Of a stretch of DNA of 64,000 nt, positions 53,146-64,000 are shown one piece after another; the first letter of the stretch is position 1; each line of letters begins with the position of its first letter. The stretch is from Mobula hypostoma (Eukaryota). The position numbers were made by a program, and so were the translations under genes. The stretch is from contig NC_086108.1 of the NCBI RefSeq assembly GCF_963921235.1, forward strand, positions 11,470,001 through 11,534,000, read 5' to 3'. The notes below the pieces were generated by a model. The model had not been told where the DNA came from, made no database searches, and worked only from the letters and a program-made list of their open reading frames with translations.

Positions 53146-54048
53146 GTCTCTGTCTCTGTCCTTGTCCCTGTCAGTGAGTGTCAATATCTCTGTACTTGGC
53201 TCTGCCCCTGTCCGTATCTCTGTCAGGGGCTCTGACCTGTCCTTTCTCCCTGTTCCTCTCCCTGACCCCGTCTCTGTCTCTGAGCCTGTCCCCATCCATG
53301 TCCCTGACGCTGTCTCTTTCTCTGTCCCTGTTCCTTCTCTCTGTCCTTGACCCTGTCTCTGTCCATGTCAAAGACTCTGTCCTTGACCCTGTCTCTGTCT
53401 TTGTACCTGTACCTGTCTTCCCTGTCTCTGTTTTCTGTTTCTGTGCCTGCTTCTGACCCAGTCACTGTCAATGAGCCTGTCCCCTCCATGTCCCCGTCTC
53501 TGTCTCTGCCCCTGTCACTCTCAATGTCCCTGTCCCTCTCCCTGTCTCTACCTCCATCTCTATTCCTGTCTCTGTCTCTGTTGCTGTGTCTCTCCCTGCT
53601 TCTCTTTCTCCCTGTATCTGTCACTGTGCCTGTCCCTTCTCTGTGTCCCTGTCCCTGTCTCTATCTCTGTCCCTGTCTCTAAGCCAGTCCCAACCGTATC
53701 CCTGTCCTAGTCCCCGTCTCTGTCTCTGCCCATGTCCCTGTCTTTGTCTATGTCTCTGTCCCTGTCCCTTCTACCTGTTCCTCTCAATGTTCCTGACCCT
53801 ATCTCTGTTCTTGTTGCTGTCCCTATCCCAGTCATGTTTCTGTTTCTCTCTCTGTCCCTGTCCCTGCCCCTGAAACTGTACAATCCCCTGCCTTTGTCTT
53901 TGTACCTATCCCCGTCCCTCCCCTGTCACTCTCACTGTCTCTAACCCTGTCTCTGAGCCTCTCCCCAGCCATGTCCCTGTCTCTAACTCTGCCCCGTCTC
54001 TTCTTCCTGCCAATGTCTCTGTCCCTGTCCCTGTCCCTGTCCCTGTCT

Positions 54049-54089
<41 letters not shown>

Positions 54090-54214
54090 TCTGTCTCTGT
54101 CCCTGTCCCTCTCCCTGTCCCTGTCCCTGTCCCTGTCTCTGTCCCTGTCTCTGTCTCTGTCCCTGTCCCTGTCCCTGTCTCTGTCCCTGTCCCTGTCCCT
54201 GTCCCTGTCCGTCT

Positions 54215-54249
<35 letters not shown>

Positions 54250-54392
54250 TCTGTCCCTGTCCCTGTCCCTGTCCCTGTCTCTGTCTCTGTCCCTGTCTCT
54301 GTCCCTGTCCCTGTCTCTGTCTCTGTCCCTGTCCCTGTCTCTGTCCCTGTCCCTGTCCCTGTCCCTGTCTCTGTCCCTGTCTCTGTCCCTGC
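53146..54392. repeat. (TGTCCC/TGTCTC)n hexamer array
   Basis: Degenerate over 53146-54012, near-pure over 54013-54390. Confidence 0.95.
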
Positions 54393-55499
54393 CCCCTTCT
54401 ATCTTTGCTAATGTCACTGAGGACTAGGAGCACAAGTCCAACACTCGCTGCTGCACCGTTTCTGCACCAAAGCCTTTGATCAGCCGATCACACACCCTCT
54501 CTAATCCAGGCAGCACAATGACCTCTGACCATTGGTGAAGATCAATTTTTTCAAATATTATCAGGCACAAAGACTTAAAATGGATGCAAAGTACACTTCT
54601 AACGCCCAGGGCTGGGAATGATTGACTCTGACATAAGATGGGTTTTATTCGCACTGGCCAATGCCAGCATGGTTTCTTCTCATCCCTTGAATGTGTTGTC
54701 GTACTGGAGAATCTGTCAGACCTACAGGTGACCCAGAGGGGTGGGCACAGGCCTTTTGGGACTCTGAGCTTCCTGTGATCTCTCAGAGAGTTCAACTGGA
54801 ACACTTGAGGAACGTCAGCCCCGGATGTCCCGGCAGATGCCCACACCCCTAACGTCCGCATGGAGTCACACCATGTGTTCAGCTTCATCTGTGGGAATCA
54901 CCTGGTGGCATAGAGTTGGCCCATCCTCAGTGATGAGATCCTGTGTCTGTGCGTGTGATCAATTACCATGGTTTCTCTCCCATCCTTCCCTCCCACCTCC
55001 CAATGAGGAGCTGAAAATAGCTGAGACACCAGTGAGACGTACACCAGCTGTCAAATCAAACAAAAAAGCTCTCTAATGTCTAACTGTAAAATGTTCTGAT
55101 GAAAGTTAGCAATGTAGAAATAAATTCAAACATTTAGAATCATACAAAAGCAGTTAATTAATTCAATTCAGTTCAAAAATAAATAAATTACTTCCTCTGT
55201 TTGTCCAACTCACCTGTCACTGCAAGTCTTGTTACTCAACAAGATTTATTGCAGTAACAGCGTCTATTGCAGACCTCCCAGAATGCTCCAGAGGGGTTGG
55301 GAGGTAAAGGGAAATGGAAGGGTGGGGGCCAAAACTGCACACTCTAAATTAGGATGCATACTCTATCAGGGTGAATACTAGGCCTCACCAATGTCTTATA
55401 AACTTCAACATAACCACCCATTTCCTGTTCTCAGTACTTTGATCAATGAAAGCCAATGTACCTTCAAAGTAGCCAGCACATACATAACAATGCTGTTAC

Positions 55500-55890
55500 A
55501 AAAACACAAGACTTTCTGCAGATGTTGGAAATCCAGAGCAACACACACAAAACACTGGAGGAACTCAGCAGATCAGATCACTTCATCTATGGAAATGTAT
55601 AAACAGTCGTGCCAGGACCTTTCATCGGGACTGGACAGGAAGGGAGAAGATGTCAGAATATGAAGGTAAGGGAGGGGAGGGAGGCCTATTAGAAGGTGAT
55701 AGGTGAAGCCACATAGGTGGAAAGGTAAAGGGCTGGAGAGGAAGGAATCTGATAGGAGAGGAGAGTGGACCATGGGAGAAAGAAAAGGAGGAGGGACAGC
55801 AGGGGGAGGTAATAGGCAGTAGAGGAGAAGAAATAAGAGGACAGTGGGGAATTGAAGAAGAGGGAAGGAGGAGAAGATTTCTCTAACTTA
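55500..55890 (-). mobile_element. Penelope-like pLTR/3' fragment, degraded
   Basis: ttctgcagatgttggaaatccagagcaacacacacaaaacactggaggaactcagca, followed by a purine-rich segment like that in 18392-18814. Confidence 0.65.
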
Positions 55891-56536
55891 TAGTAATTTT
55901 TCCCCAATCCTTTGAAATGATAAGGTTGAAGAATTTAAAGTTTCTGACCCTCTCCTAAAGTTGCTGATTCCTGTACTTCACATCAGAAGAGATCTCTTCG
56001 CCTAGTCAACATGGCACTGCCCTGTCCTGTCGTCAGGGGGCTCACTGTCCTGAGATATTCAGATGGTCTGGGAGGAACAGGGTTATCTGAGTATGAGATA
56101 GACTAAACTCAGCAGCTATCTCTCTCCCACTACTTTGTATCAGCGTCCTTGCCCTGAAACTTTTCCCAAGAGAGATTCCCAATCTGAGGTCCATTAACCC
56201 CTTACTTCATCATACTGGTCCATGCAATAACAAAGTCTGGGAACCTCTGGCATAGAAGGTGTTGTTCTCCGTACCTGATTTTTGTAATCCCATGTTGGAA
56301 AAGTTTGGTAGGACAATATTGATGGAGTTGTTGTCATGGTCTGGTCCATGAAGTCCATATTCCGGTACACGGTCTGGTCCGTCGTTCCTTATTCCAGGTT
56401 TTCTGGTTTTCCATTGTTCTGTTGGGTGCTCTAATTGAGGCACATGATTCTCATTTGGGCAGACACATAAATACCTCTGGAGACCAGTCCTTGGCTGCTG
56501 GATTGTTACTGTCAAAACCCCCTGTCTGAATCCGAT

Positions 56537-58480
56537 CCCTTCTCCCTTCTCCCTTCTCCCTTCTCCCTTCTCCCTTCTCCCTTCTCCCTTCTCCCTTCTC
56601 CCTTCTCCCCCTCTCCCTTCTCCCCCTCTCCCTTCTCCCCCTCTCCCTTCTCCCCCTCTCCCTTCTCCCCCTCTCCCTTCTCCCCCTCTCCCTTCTCCCT
56701 TCTCCCCCTCCCCCCTCCCTTCTCCCCCCCTTCTCCCCCCCTTCTCCCCCTCCCTTCTCCCCCTCCCCCTCTCCCCCTCTGCCTTCTCCCCACATCCCTT
56801 CTCCCCTCTTCCCCTCTCCCTTCTCCCTTCGCCCTTTTCCCCCTCTCCCTTCTCCCTTCTCCCCCTCCCCTCTCCCCTCTCCCTTCTCCTTCTTCCCCCT
56901 CCCCTTCCCCTCCCCCTCCCCTTCCCCCTCCCCTTCCCCCTTCCCCTTCCCCCTCTCCTTTCTCCCCCTCTCCCTTCTCCCCCTCCCTTCTCCCCCCTTC
57001 TCCCTTCTCCACCCCCTTCTCCCTCCCTCTCCCCCCTCCCTTCTCCCCCTCCCCCTCTCCCCCTCTCCCCCTCTGCCTTCTCCCCACCTCCCTTCTCCCT
57101 TCTCCCTTCTCCCTTCTCCCCCTCTCCCTTCTCCCTTCTCCCTTCTCCCCCTCTCCCCTCTCCCCCCTCCCCTCTCCCCCCTCCCCTCTCCCCCCTCCCC
57201 TCTCCCCCTCTCCCCTCTCCCCCTCTCCCCTCTCCCCCTCTCCCTTCTCCTTCTTCCCCCTCCCCTCCCCCTCCCCCTCCCCCTTCCCCCTCCCCTTCCC
57301 CCTTCCCCCTCTCCCTTCTCCCCCTCTCCCTTCTCCCCCTCCCTTCTCCCCCATTCTCCCTTCTCCACCCCCTTCTCCCTCCCTCTCCCCCTCCCTTCTC
57401 CCCCTCCCCCTCTCCCCCTCTCCCCCTCTCCCCCTCTCCCCCTCTCCCCCTCTCCCCCTCTCCCCCTCTGCCTTCTCCCCACCTCCCTTCTCCCTTCTCC
57501 CTTCTCCCCCTCTCCCTTCTCCCTTCTCCCCCTCTCCCTTCTCCCTTCTCCCTTCTCCCTTCTCCCCCTCCCCTCTCCCCCTCTCTCCTCTCCCCCTCTC
57601 CCTTCTCCTTCTTCCCCCTCCCCTTCCCCCTCCCCCTCCCCTTCCCCCTCCCCTTCCTCCTTCCCCCTTCCCCCTCCCCCTCTCCCTTCTCCCCCTCTCC
57701 CTTCTCCCCCTCTCCCTTCTCCCCCTCTCCCTTCTCCCCTTCTCCCTTCTCCACCCCCTTCTCCCTCCCTCTCCCCCTCCCTTCTCCCCCCTCCCCCTCT
57801 CCCCCTCTCCCCCTCTCCCTTCTCCCCCTCTCCCTTCTCCCCCTCTCCCTTCTCCACCCCCTTCTCCCTCCCTCTCCCCCTCCCTTCTCCCCCCTCCCCC
57901 TCTCCCCCTCTCCCCCTCTGCCTTCTCCCCACCTCCCTTCTCCCCCTCTCCTTTCTCCCCTCTCCTTTCTCCCCTCTCCTTTCTCCCTTCTCCCTTCTCC
58001 CTTCTCCCTTCTCCCTTCTCCCCCTCCCCTCACCCCCTCTCCCTTCACCCCCTCTCCCCTCTCCCCCTCTCCCTTCTCCTTCTTCCCCTCCCCTTCCCCT
58101 CCCCCTCCCCTTCCCCCTCCCCTTCCCCCTTCCCCCTCTACCTTCTCCCGCTCTCCCTTCTCCCCCTTCTCCCTTCTCCACCCCCTTCTCCTCCCCTTCT
58201 CCCTTCTCCCCCTCCCTTCTCCCTTCTCCCCCTCCCTTCCCCCTACCCCTCCCCCTCCCCCTCCCCCATCCCTTCTCTCCCTCTCCCTTCTCCCCCTCTC
58301 CCTTCTCCCCCTCTCCCTTCTCCCCCTCTCCCTTCTCCCCCCTTCTCCCTTCTCCACCCCCTTCTCCTCCCCTTCTCCCTTCTCCCTTCTCCCCCTCCCT
58401 TCTCCCTCCCTCCCTTCTCCCTACTCCCCTACTCCCCTTCCCCCCTTCTCCCCCTCTCCCCCTCTCCCCCTCTCCCCCTC
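56537..58480. repeat. ~1.9 kb polypyrimidine/polypurine tract (CCCTTCT, CCCCCTCT units)
   Basis: Seen directly; the + strand is almost all C/T. Confidence 0.95.
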
Positions 58481-58712
58481 ACCTGTATCGTTGTCAATTT
58501 CTACTGCTGGAGAAAGAGCAGAGCCCTGCTGTGTCTAGATAAGGAACTGTCTATAGTTGTTTGAAACTGTCTTTGTGTCCACGGCTTCGCTAGGTAGGTC
58601 TGGCCGTTTGCCACTATCTTGTGTTGGGAACTGTCTCTCTGTGTTCTATGTTTGAGTCCCGGCCCTACGTCCAGTTCCCAAGGAGGGGTCCATGTCTGTG
58701 TTCTGTGTCCAT

Positions 58713-58786
58713 GTCTCCCAAGTCCAAGGCTCTGTGTTCCAGTCTCCCAAGTCCAAGGCTCTGTGTTCCAGTCTCCCAAGTTCAAG
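58713..58786. repeat. 29-bp tandem repeat x2.5
   Basis: gtctcccaagtccaaggctctgtgttcca at 58713 and 58742, with a partial copy at 58771. Confidence 0.9.
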
Positions 58787-59344
58787 TCTGAGCTTCGTGT
58801 CTGCATCCAGTTCTGCTCCGTGTCCTGCTCAGGAAAGCCTCGAAGAATCCAAGCCTCATCCAGTCCTGTAGCTACGTCTCAAAGAACTCAAGCCATGTCC
58901 AGTCCTGTAGTCACGTCATGTCCTAGCCTAGATCCGGAGCCCGAGTCAAGACCCAGGTTCTGGGTCCTTGTCCAGTCTCTGGCTCGGAGTCCAAGCCCAG
59001 GCTTCTAGTTCCTAGCTCCTTGTCCAGGTCCCACTTTCCTCGTCAAGTCCTAGCCCAAGTCTGTGCCCTGTCATGTCCCTACCTCAGAGTCTGTGTCTTG
59101 CATTTGGGTCCACCCATATGACAGTTGTATCCAGTGTCTTTCCCACCACAGTCCCAGAGCTGGTCAATGTTGAGCAGTGCTCTACTTAACCGGTCTTATT
59201 GTTAATAATGAAAGGATTTTATCTTCCGGCAGGTGCCAGAGTTCGGGAGTGTTCAGGTCCAGGCTTAAACTGTTCCCGCCTTGGGAATGTTCGATAAGAT
59301 GATGATTTGCCTCTGTAAAGACCTCGAGCTGATCTGTGATTGGT

Positions 59345-61059
59345 TTGAATTGAATTGAATAGAAATGAATTGAATTGACTTTATTTCTTACATCCTTCAC
59401 AGACATGAGGAGTAAAAATCTTTATGTTACGTCTTCGTCTAAATGTGCAATGTGCAATCATAGTAATTTTTAATAATTTATATTAAGTAGAACAGTCAAT
59501 GTAACATAGAAATACACTCACATCAGTGTAAGTTATTCAGCTTGATGGCCTGGAAAAAGAAACTATCCTGGAGCCTGTTGGTCCTGGCTGTTACGCTGTG
59601 GTACCATTTCCCAGAAGGTAGCAAGTGGAATAGATTGTGATTTGGGTGACTCAAGTCCCCAATGATCCTTCGGGCCCTTTTACACCCTTTGTAAACACCC
59701 TGAATCATGGGAAGTTCATAACTACAGATGCACTGGTCTATCTGCACCACTCTCTGCAGAATCCTGCGATTAAGGGAGGTACAGTTCCCATACCAGGCAG
59801 GATGCTCTCAATTGTGCTCCTGTAGAAAGTTCTCAGGATTTGGAAGCCCATACCAAACTTCCTCAACTGTCTGAGGTGAAAGAGGCGTTGTTGTACCTTT
59901 TTCACACAGCTGGTGTGTACAGACCACGTGAGGTCCTCAGTGATGTGGATGCTGAGGAACTTAAAGCTGTTTATCCTCTCAACCACAGATCAACTGATGT
60001 CATTAGGGGTTAGCCCGTCTCCAGTCCTTCTGTAATCCACATTCAGCTCCTTTGTTTTTGTGACATTTTGGGAGAGGTTGTTTTCTTGACACCACTGTGT
60101 CAGAGAGATGACTTCTTCCCTGTAGGCCACCTCATTATTGTTTGAGATTAGGCCAATCAATGTAGTATTGTTGGCAAATTTAATTAGCACTTTAGAGCTG
60201 TGGCTGGTGACACAGTCATGGGTATACAGGGAGTAAAGACCTGAGGGGCTCAAGTGTTGAGAGCCAGAGGGGTGGAGATGAGGGAGTCCACTCTTATCAT
60301 CTGCCAGCGATCTGACAGGAAACCCAGGATCCAGCTGCACAAGGCAGGGTCAAGGCCAAAGTCTCTGAGCTTCCTGTTGAGCCCGGATGGAATTACGATG
60401 TTGAATGCTGAACTGTAGTCCAAGAACAGCATTCTCACATAAGCATCCTTCTTGTCCAGATGTGTAAGGACAGTATGTAGAGTAGTGGCTATTGCATCGT
60501 CTATCAATCAGTTGTGTCAGTCGACAAATTATAGGGGGTCCAATCTGGTGGTGGAATGCTGCAGGTGTAATCCTTGACCAGCCTCTCAAAGCATTTACTT
60601 TTTATTGAGGTGAGTGCGACAGGGCGTCAGTCCTTCAGGGACATTACCTTGGACTTTTCTGGTACAGGGATAATAGTGGATAATTTGAAGCAGGAGGGCA
60701 CTCTACACTGGGAGAGGGAGAGATTAAAAATGTCAGTAAACACACCTGCCAGTTGTGCTGCTCACATCCTGAGTACGCGCCTTGGGATGCTGTCCAGTCC
60801 CACACCCTTGCAATTGTGACTCGTTGGAAACATCAGCATACCTCAGTCTCAGAGATGACCAGGTTGCAGGTTGTAGCGGTGGCTTTCCTCGGTGGCTCAG
60901 AGTTAGTGGCATTGAACCGAGCATAAAAGCGATCTGGGAGAGAGGCTGCAATGTTGGCAGCACCACAACGTTTGGCTTTGAAGTCTGTGATGGTATGCAG
61001 CCCTCGCCACAAATCATATGTGCTATTCGTTGTGAATCTTGACTCAATCTTGTCCCTGT
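59345..61059 (-). mobile_element. Rex1/Babar-type LINE RT region, decayed, abutting a Gypsy LTR
   Basis: YVRMLFLDYSSAFN, WCQENNLSQNVTKTKEL, LFHLLPSGK. (TTCAA)n tail at 59345-59378. Confidence 0.85.
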
Positions 61060-61918
61060 TGTTACGTACCCCGTAACTGGGTTGCCAAACCAGCAGAAAT
61101 GGATCACTCAGTTGGAGTCTGGATTACTAGAACTAAGGAAGTTTTATTAAAGAAACAAGCAACACAGTAGTCGAAAGGATAATAAATGCAACAGTTCAGC
61201 AATGATAAACACACATGTACACAGAATTAAGATAACAGCATCAATCAAGCTCTATCGTTGTCTAGGGGTAAATGACCAATTTCAAAGTGACACAAAGTTC
61301 ACTCCAATTTAGTTCAGTTCGCAGTAATCGTTGCCATGGCGATGGACAACGTGGGGGGAAAGAGAGAGAGAACGAGAACGACTGATCATTCAGACACGGC
61401 TTCCACTCACAGACCGGCGATATTGCTCACAAGCAGCTTCCGGGTGGGTCCTTTGTGATGTCACCTGAGGTCACCGACTGTGACCCCTCCTCCAGATGCG
61501 GTCGATCCTCTGCAGTGAACCCGGCACCCAGGCAAGGGCGGACACACACCGGGTTCCCGCTGATCGTACCATTCCACCCTGTGCGTTTAAGGTCCGATAC
61601 TTCCCACCGACTCGTGAGAGGCGCACCGCTTCCAGGGTCTCGTTACCTCAGGTGTCATGTGTCCTGCCTTAGCGAACCTGTCCCTATTTATCCCCCTGCT
61701 GGGGTATCGCCTGTCCATCACTTCAAACAGTTCAGGGTTCAAAGGGGGAGCCGCTCCAGACAGCTCTCTCTCCCGTCCCTTCATTACACATCTCCAGACG
61801 CTGCTCCATTGTTCCTTATCTCTCCTTCCCCTGAGGACAGGTGGCAGACCAACAGCTGATGCCACTGATGCTAACCCAGGCCAGCAAACATCTTAATTTT
61901 ATGTGTATTCTCGTCACA
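61060..61918 (-). mobile_element. 3' LTR of a Gypsy (Gmr1-like) element
   Basis: Termini TGTTAC...GTCACA, followed by cttccccccttt (a minus-strand polypurine tract, 61919-61930). Confidence 0.9.
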
Positions 61919-62887
61919 CTTCCCCCCTTTAAGGATTTTTACCGGAGGTAAAAATTACAAACATGAATACATTAGTTGATACACACACAAATATACATCT
62001 TTATCAGCTATTTGGCTAACACAGCGAGTTTGAAGTTGTCAACACCTTGACAGACAGTCATCACATTTTCTGTTCCTTTTATATGTGTTATTAATAATCC
62101 CTTAGACCAGGCTCCAACTCAACAAACTTCATAGTGGCCAAAAACACTGATGAATTGCGATCAATGTAACCTCTCATTTGGTTTTGTCCCGGACCACAAT
62201 AACAAGGGTCGTCCCATTCCGACTCAGTTTTCTCTCGCAAGGGCTTAGTAGGAGGGGGAGGGGTAGTGACCGCAGAGTTATTGCAAAACTTCCTACAGTA
62301 CCCCCACCATCTCCAAGAGCCTTCTGAGGGCCCTCTTGTCTGTCGGGGTTGGGAGGTCAGCGATAGCCTGCACTGTAGCTTGCATCGCTGCCAGCTGCCC
62401 CTGTGTCACCACAGTTCCCAGGTAAGTGACTCTCGTGTGGCCGAATTCATTTTCTTCAAGGTTCACGATCAAGCTGGCTTCAGACAACCGTATTAAATTG
62501 CCAATACACACCTCTGTGTTCGTCAGCCCTTTAGTCACTGAATTACTCATTATATATGAGGGTTGTTTACTAGGCCAACCTATTGTAACAGACATCACCC
62601 AACGTCCCAGTTCTTTGCATCACCTCGGGACAATCAAACACACGGGTGCGAGTCATTTAATTGCTCCTAAAGTGTCGCTTTTTTCGGGGATTAAGGGAGA
62701 GACCTTATCAGTAGATCTGGCCAAAACAATAGCCTTCTCCCATCTGATCGATCCCATACTAATCTTTTCAAAATAGTTTTTTTCTCTTATCAGGGGGCCC
62801 CTAGCTTCATTGATTTCCACGCTAACACCGACTAGGTTTGTTAGCATATCAAAAGCCGGTGACCGTCTCAGTTCGCGTCGGTCATGA
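61919..62887 (-). pseudogene. Heavily deleted pol remnant (RT and downstream fragments)
   Basis: ORF 62293..62598 RLSEASLIVNLEENEFGHTRVTYLG..VQAIADLPTPTDKRALRRLLEMVG. The expected YxDD position reads CIGN. Confidence 0.8.
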
Positions 62888-64000
62888 TCAATAACATTCT
62901 TCCCCCTGGGCAGCCGGTAAATCTCTTTCATGATTCCACCAACTGTTTCCTCCAGCACCGCAAAATGTCCACCGGGGGAGTACTTCGTGGGCCATGTTAA
63001 AAACCTCATCCCCATAACTCTTTTGCACCAACCCCCACTCCTCATCTGCGGGTACTGTATTTGATTTCCCTTTTTTCCTTAGCACTTCCTCCTCCACACA
63101 ATAGCCTACTAGTTCCCTTGTTAAAGCTGTGTCAGAGAGAGCTGTCTCTGCCGAAACCATCAGCCCCTCGTCTCGCTCCTGCGTCTGCACAAATTCTTTC
63201 CTGGCTACTGCTACGTCTGTCCCAACTCCCTCACTACCTCTTGTCTCACTACACTCCTTCTTTTCATTTTCTACCCCTGTCTCGTACAAGACTGGCAGAA
63301 ACGTTTCAGCTAAATTCACTACCGCGGTCCCGTGATGAACCTGTGAGTCCATGGGCGGGGCCTCAATGCTGGCAGGCTGACCTGTCAATCTCACGACTGG
63401 GAACATGATTCCCCCGGCGACGTCATTACCGAGCAAGACTTCCACGTCTTTCATCGGTAATTCGGACCTCACCCCGATCGTGACTAGTCCAGAGACCAGG
63501 TTGCTTTGTAAGTGTATCTGGTGCAAAGGGACTGACTCTGTCCCTTCCCCAACACCTTTGACCTTTACCTCCCCAGTCTGGGTCTCTGAGCTAAACTCTA
63601 ATACACTCTTCAGTATTAGTGACTGACACGCTCCCGTGTCTCTCCAGATCCGCACTGGAACTGGTTTTAACCCCTCCTTCACTGTCACCAATCCGGCCGA
63701 GATAAACCTCTCGCGCCCTTCCTGAAATTTGGCAGACCGGATCGTCCCTAGCGGTTCGCTTAACAGCTCGATACAGCCATTCAGAACCCCCGTTTTTCCT
63801 TTCCCCGTCTCCTTCTTTGGGGCAAAGCACCTGGACGCAAAGTATCCGACTTTCCCGCAATTATAACAGACGACTCCAGGAGACTTCCTACCAGACTGCT
63901 CCTGGTCTACCTTATCCTTCTCACTAGTCCCCGGCTTACTTTCTGACTTTTCCGGCGGACTCTCCCCGCCGTCCTGACTATCCTTCTGGTAGCCTTTACT
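62888..64000 (-). CDS. Gypsy gag C-terminus + protease + start of integrase zinc-binding region; partial, open to the window edge
   Basis: My translation is stop-free from 64000 into ORF 62888..63691: CYNCGKVGYFASRC (63827-63868), IWRDTGACQSLI, LLGNDVAG, EVFNMAHEVLP. Confidence 0.8.
   Translation of the reverse strand, partial: SKGYQKDSQDGGESPPEKSESKPGTSEKDKVDQEQSGRKSPGVVCYNCGKVGYFASRCFAPKKETGKGKTGVLNGCIELLSEPLGTIRSAKFQEGRERFISAGLVTVKEGLKPVPVRIWRDTGACQSLILKSVLEFSSETQTGEVKVKGVGEGTESVPLHQIHLQSNLVSGLVTIGVRSELPMKDVEVLLGNDVAGGIMFPVVRLTGQPASIEAPPMDSQVHHGTAVVNLAETFLPVLYETGVENEKKECSETRGSEGVGTDVAVARKEFVQTQERDEGLMVSAETALSDTALTRELVGYCVEEEVLRKKGKSNTVPADEEWGLVQKSYGDEVFNMAHEVLPRWTFCGAGGNSWWNHERDLPAAQGEECY

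Larger units (their letters stand above)
56332..59123 (+). mobile_element. Solo LTR with 5-bp TSD, containing an expanded polypyrimidine tract
   Basis: Inverted termini TGTCAT (56332) and ATGACA (59123). TSD GTTGT 56327-56331 / 59124-59128. CATAAATA near 56466. Strand is tentative. Confidence 0.75.

Noticed and set aside
53162..54433. ORFs with RD, GQ, GT, SL and VP repeats
   Set aside because: They are read-through of the hexamer array.
54424..54888. 154-aa ORF as a host gene
   Set aside because: No recognisable domain or splice signals, and the length is compatible with chance.
56210..58357. 715, 576 and 280 aa G/E/R-rich ORFs
   Set aside because: They are translations of the polypurine strand, which lacks stop codons in all frames.
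58713..58786. CRISPR-like 29-bp repeats
   Set aside because: The repeats are directly adjacent without spacers, lie inside an LTR, and the context is eukaryotic.
59215..59345. Possible exon after ttttatcttccggcag
   Set aside because: No recognisable peptide and no convincing splice donor.

Overview
This 64 kb window is vertebrate, transposon-dense, intergenic or intronic DNA. I could not recognise any host protein-coding exon. The repeat mix (CR1/HER1-like LINEs, HE1/V-SINE-like SINEs, Rex1/Babar LINEs, Penelope fragments, RTE-derived SINEs, Tc1, Gypsy) suggests a cartilaginous fish (shark, ray or skate); that assignment is inference. Every long ORF is either a decayed retroelement or transposase, or an artefact of a simple repeat. 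Many insertions are nested, and their order can be read from target-site duplications (TSDs). The most notable items are: (1) Penelope-type mini-insertions carrying minimal type I hammerhead ribozyme motifs, one with an intact core, a 28-bp inverted repeat and a 14-bp TSD. (2) A Gmr1-like Gypsy element (integrase before RT) with an open gag-protease frame but a wrecked pol, plus a second gag-protease-only element with a PNMA-like gag. (3) A solo LTR with a 5-bp TSD inflated by a ~1.9 kb polypyrimidine tract, near a (CCCTGT)n array. (4) A short non-repetitive island with clustered homeodomain, NF-kB and RFX motifs. I do not see a demonstrably new biological system; the findings are leads to check.
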